DNA of 35,592 bases from a virus (Duplodnaviria; Caudoviricetes), in IMG/VR virus record IMGVR_UViG_3300049917_000106, positions 1 to 35,592 of that record; one strand, written 5' to 3'. Below are positions 35,475-35,592 of the stretch, one piece after another. How positions within the stretch are numbered: position 1 is the stretch's first letter; every line of letters starts with the position of its first letter. The notes beneath the pieces are model-generated. The model was not told where the DNA came from. It saw only the letters and a list, made by a program, of their open reading frames with translations, and made no database searches. The position numbers and the translations under genes are program-made.

Positions 35475-35592
35475 GCTCGACCTCGGATAGAAACTCGCCG
35501 AACCGCCCCAGCGTCACGCCCCAGCCTGGCACGCCGTCCGCCTCCGTCCAGCCCTGGCAGTATTTCTGATTGCGGAACTGGTCTTGGCGCCA
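35437..35592 (-). CDS. C-terminus of a gene entering from the right edge
   Basis: Open frame WRQDQFRNQKYCQGWTEADGVPGWG...PVV*; product not assignable. Confidence 0.45.
   Translation of the reverse strand, partial: WRQDQFRNQKYCQGWTEADGVPGWGVTLGRFGEFLSEVERGQIQVRDLPVV

Overview
GC-rich window that is entirely tailed-phage sequence, probably a temperate siphovirus; both ends cut genes. A Chloroflexota-like host is inferred only from protein and repeat style. Layout: (1) 1-2300, small leftward genes, divergent sigma70-like promoters and a candidate sRNA. (2) 2470-16290, rightward early region: Zn-finger ORFs, two ParB-like genes (one broken), a 625-aa hypothetical, N6-adenine methyltransferase, LuxR HTH, NUMOD3-HNH, excisionase-like HTH beside a 5' half tRNA(CAT), HTH replication initiator with iterons, DnaC-like loader, a membrane protein and gene debris. 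(3) 16292-35592, leftward virion operon: terminases, portal, minor head, scaffold, decoration, capsid, neck, tail tube, tape measure, Dit, tail tip. No integrase, CI repressor, endolysin or CRISPR array was recognised. Main oddities: a perfect 34-nt antisense copy of an internal segment of the 625-aa gene 7.8 kb away; a 25-nt hairpin repeat found twice nested inside itself; a probable -1 frameshift fusing a membrane protein to a DNA-binding-like domain whose coding DNA carries repeated GTAGGGGGCA boxes; a promoter-linked 5' tRNA half; and a CHAT/caspase-like protease and an E3-binding-domain protein in the head cluster. Protein calls come from motif reading and gene order, not database searches.
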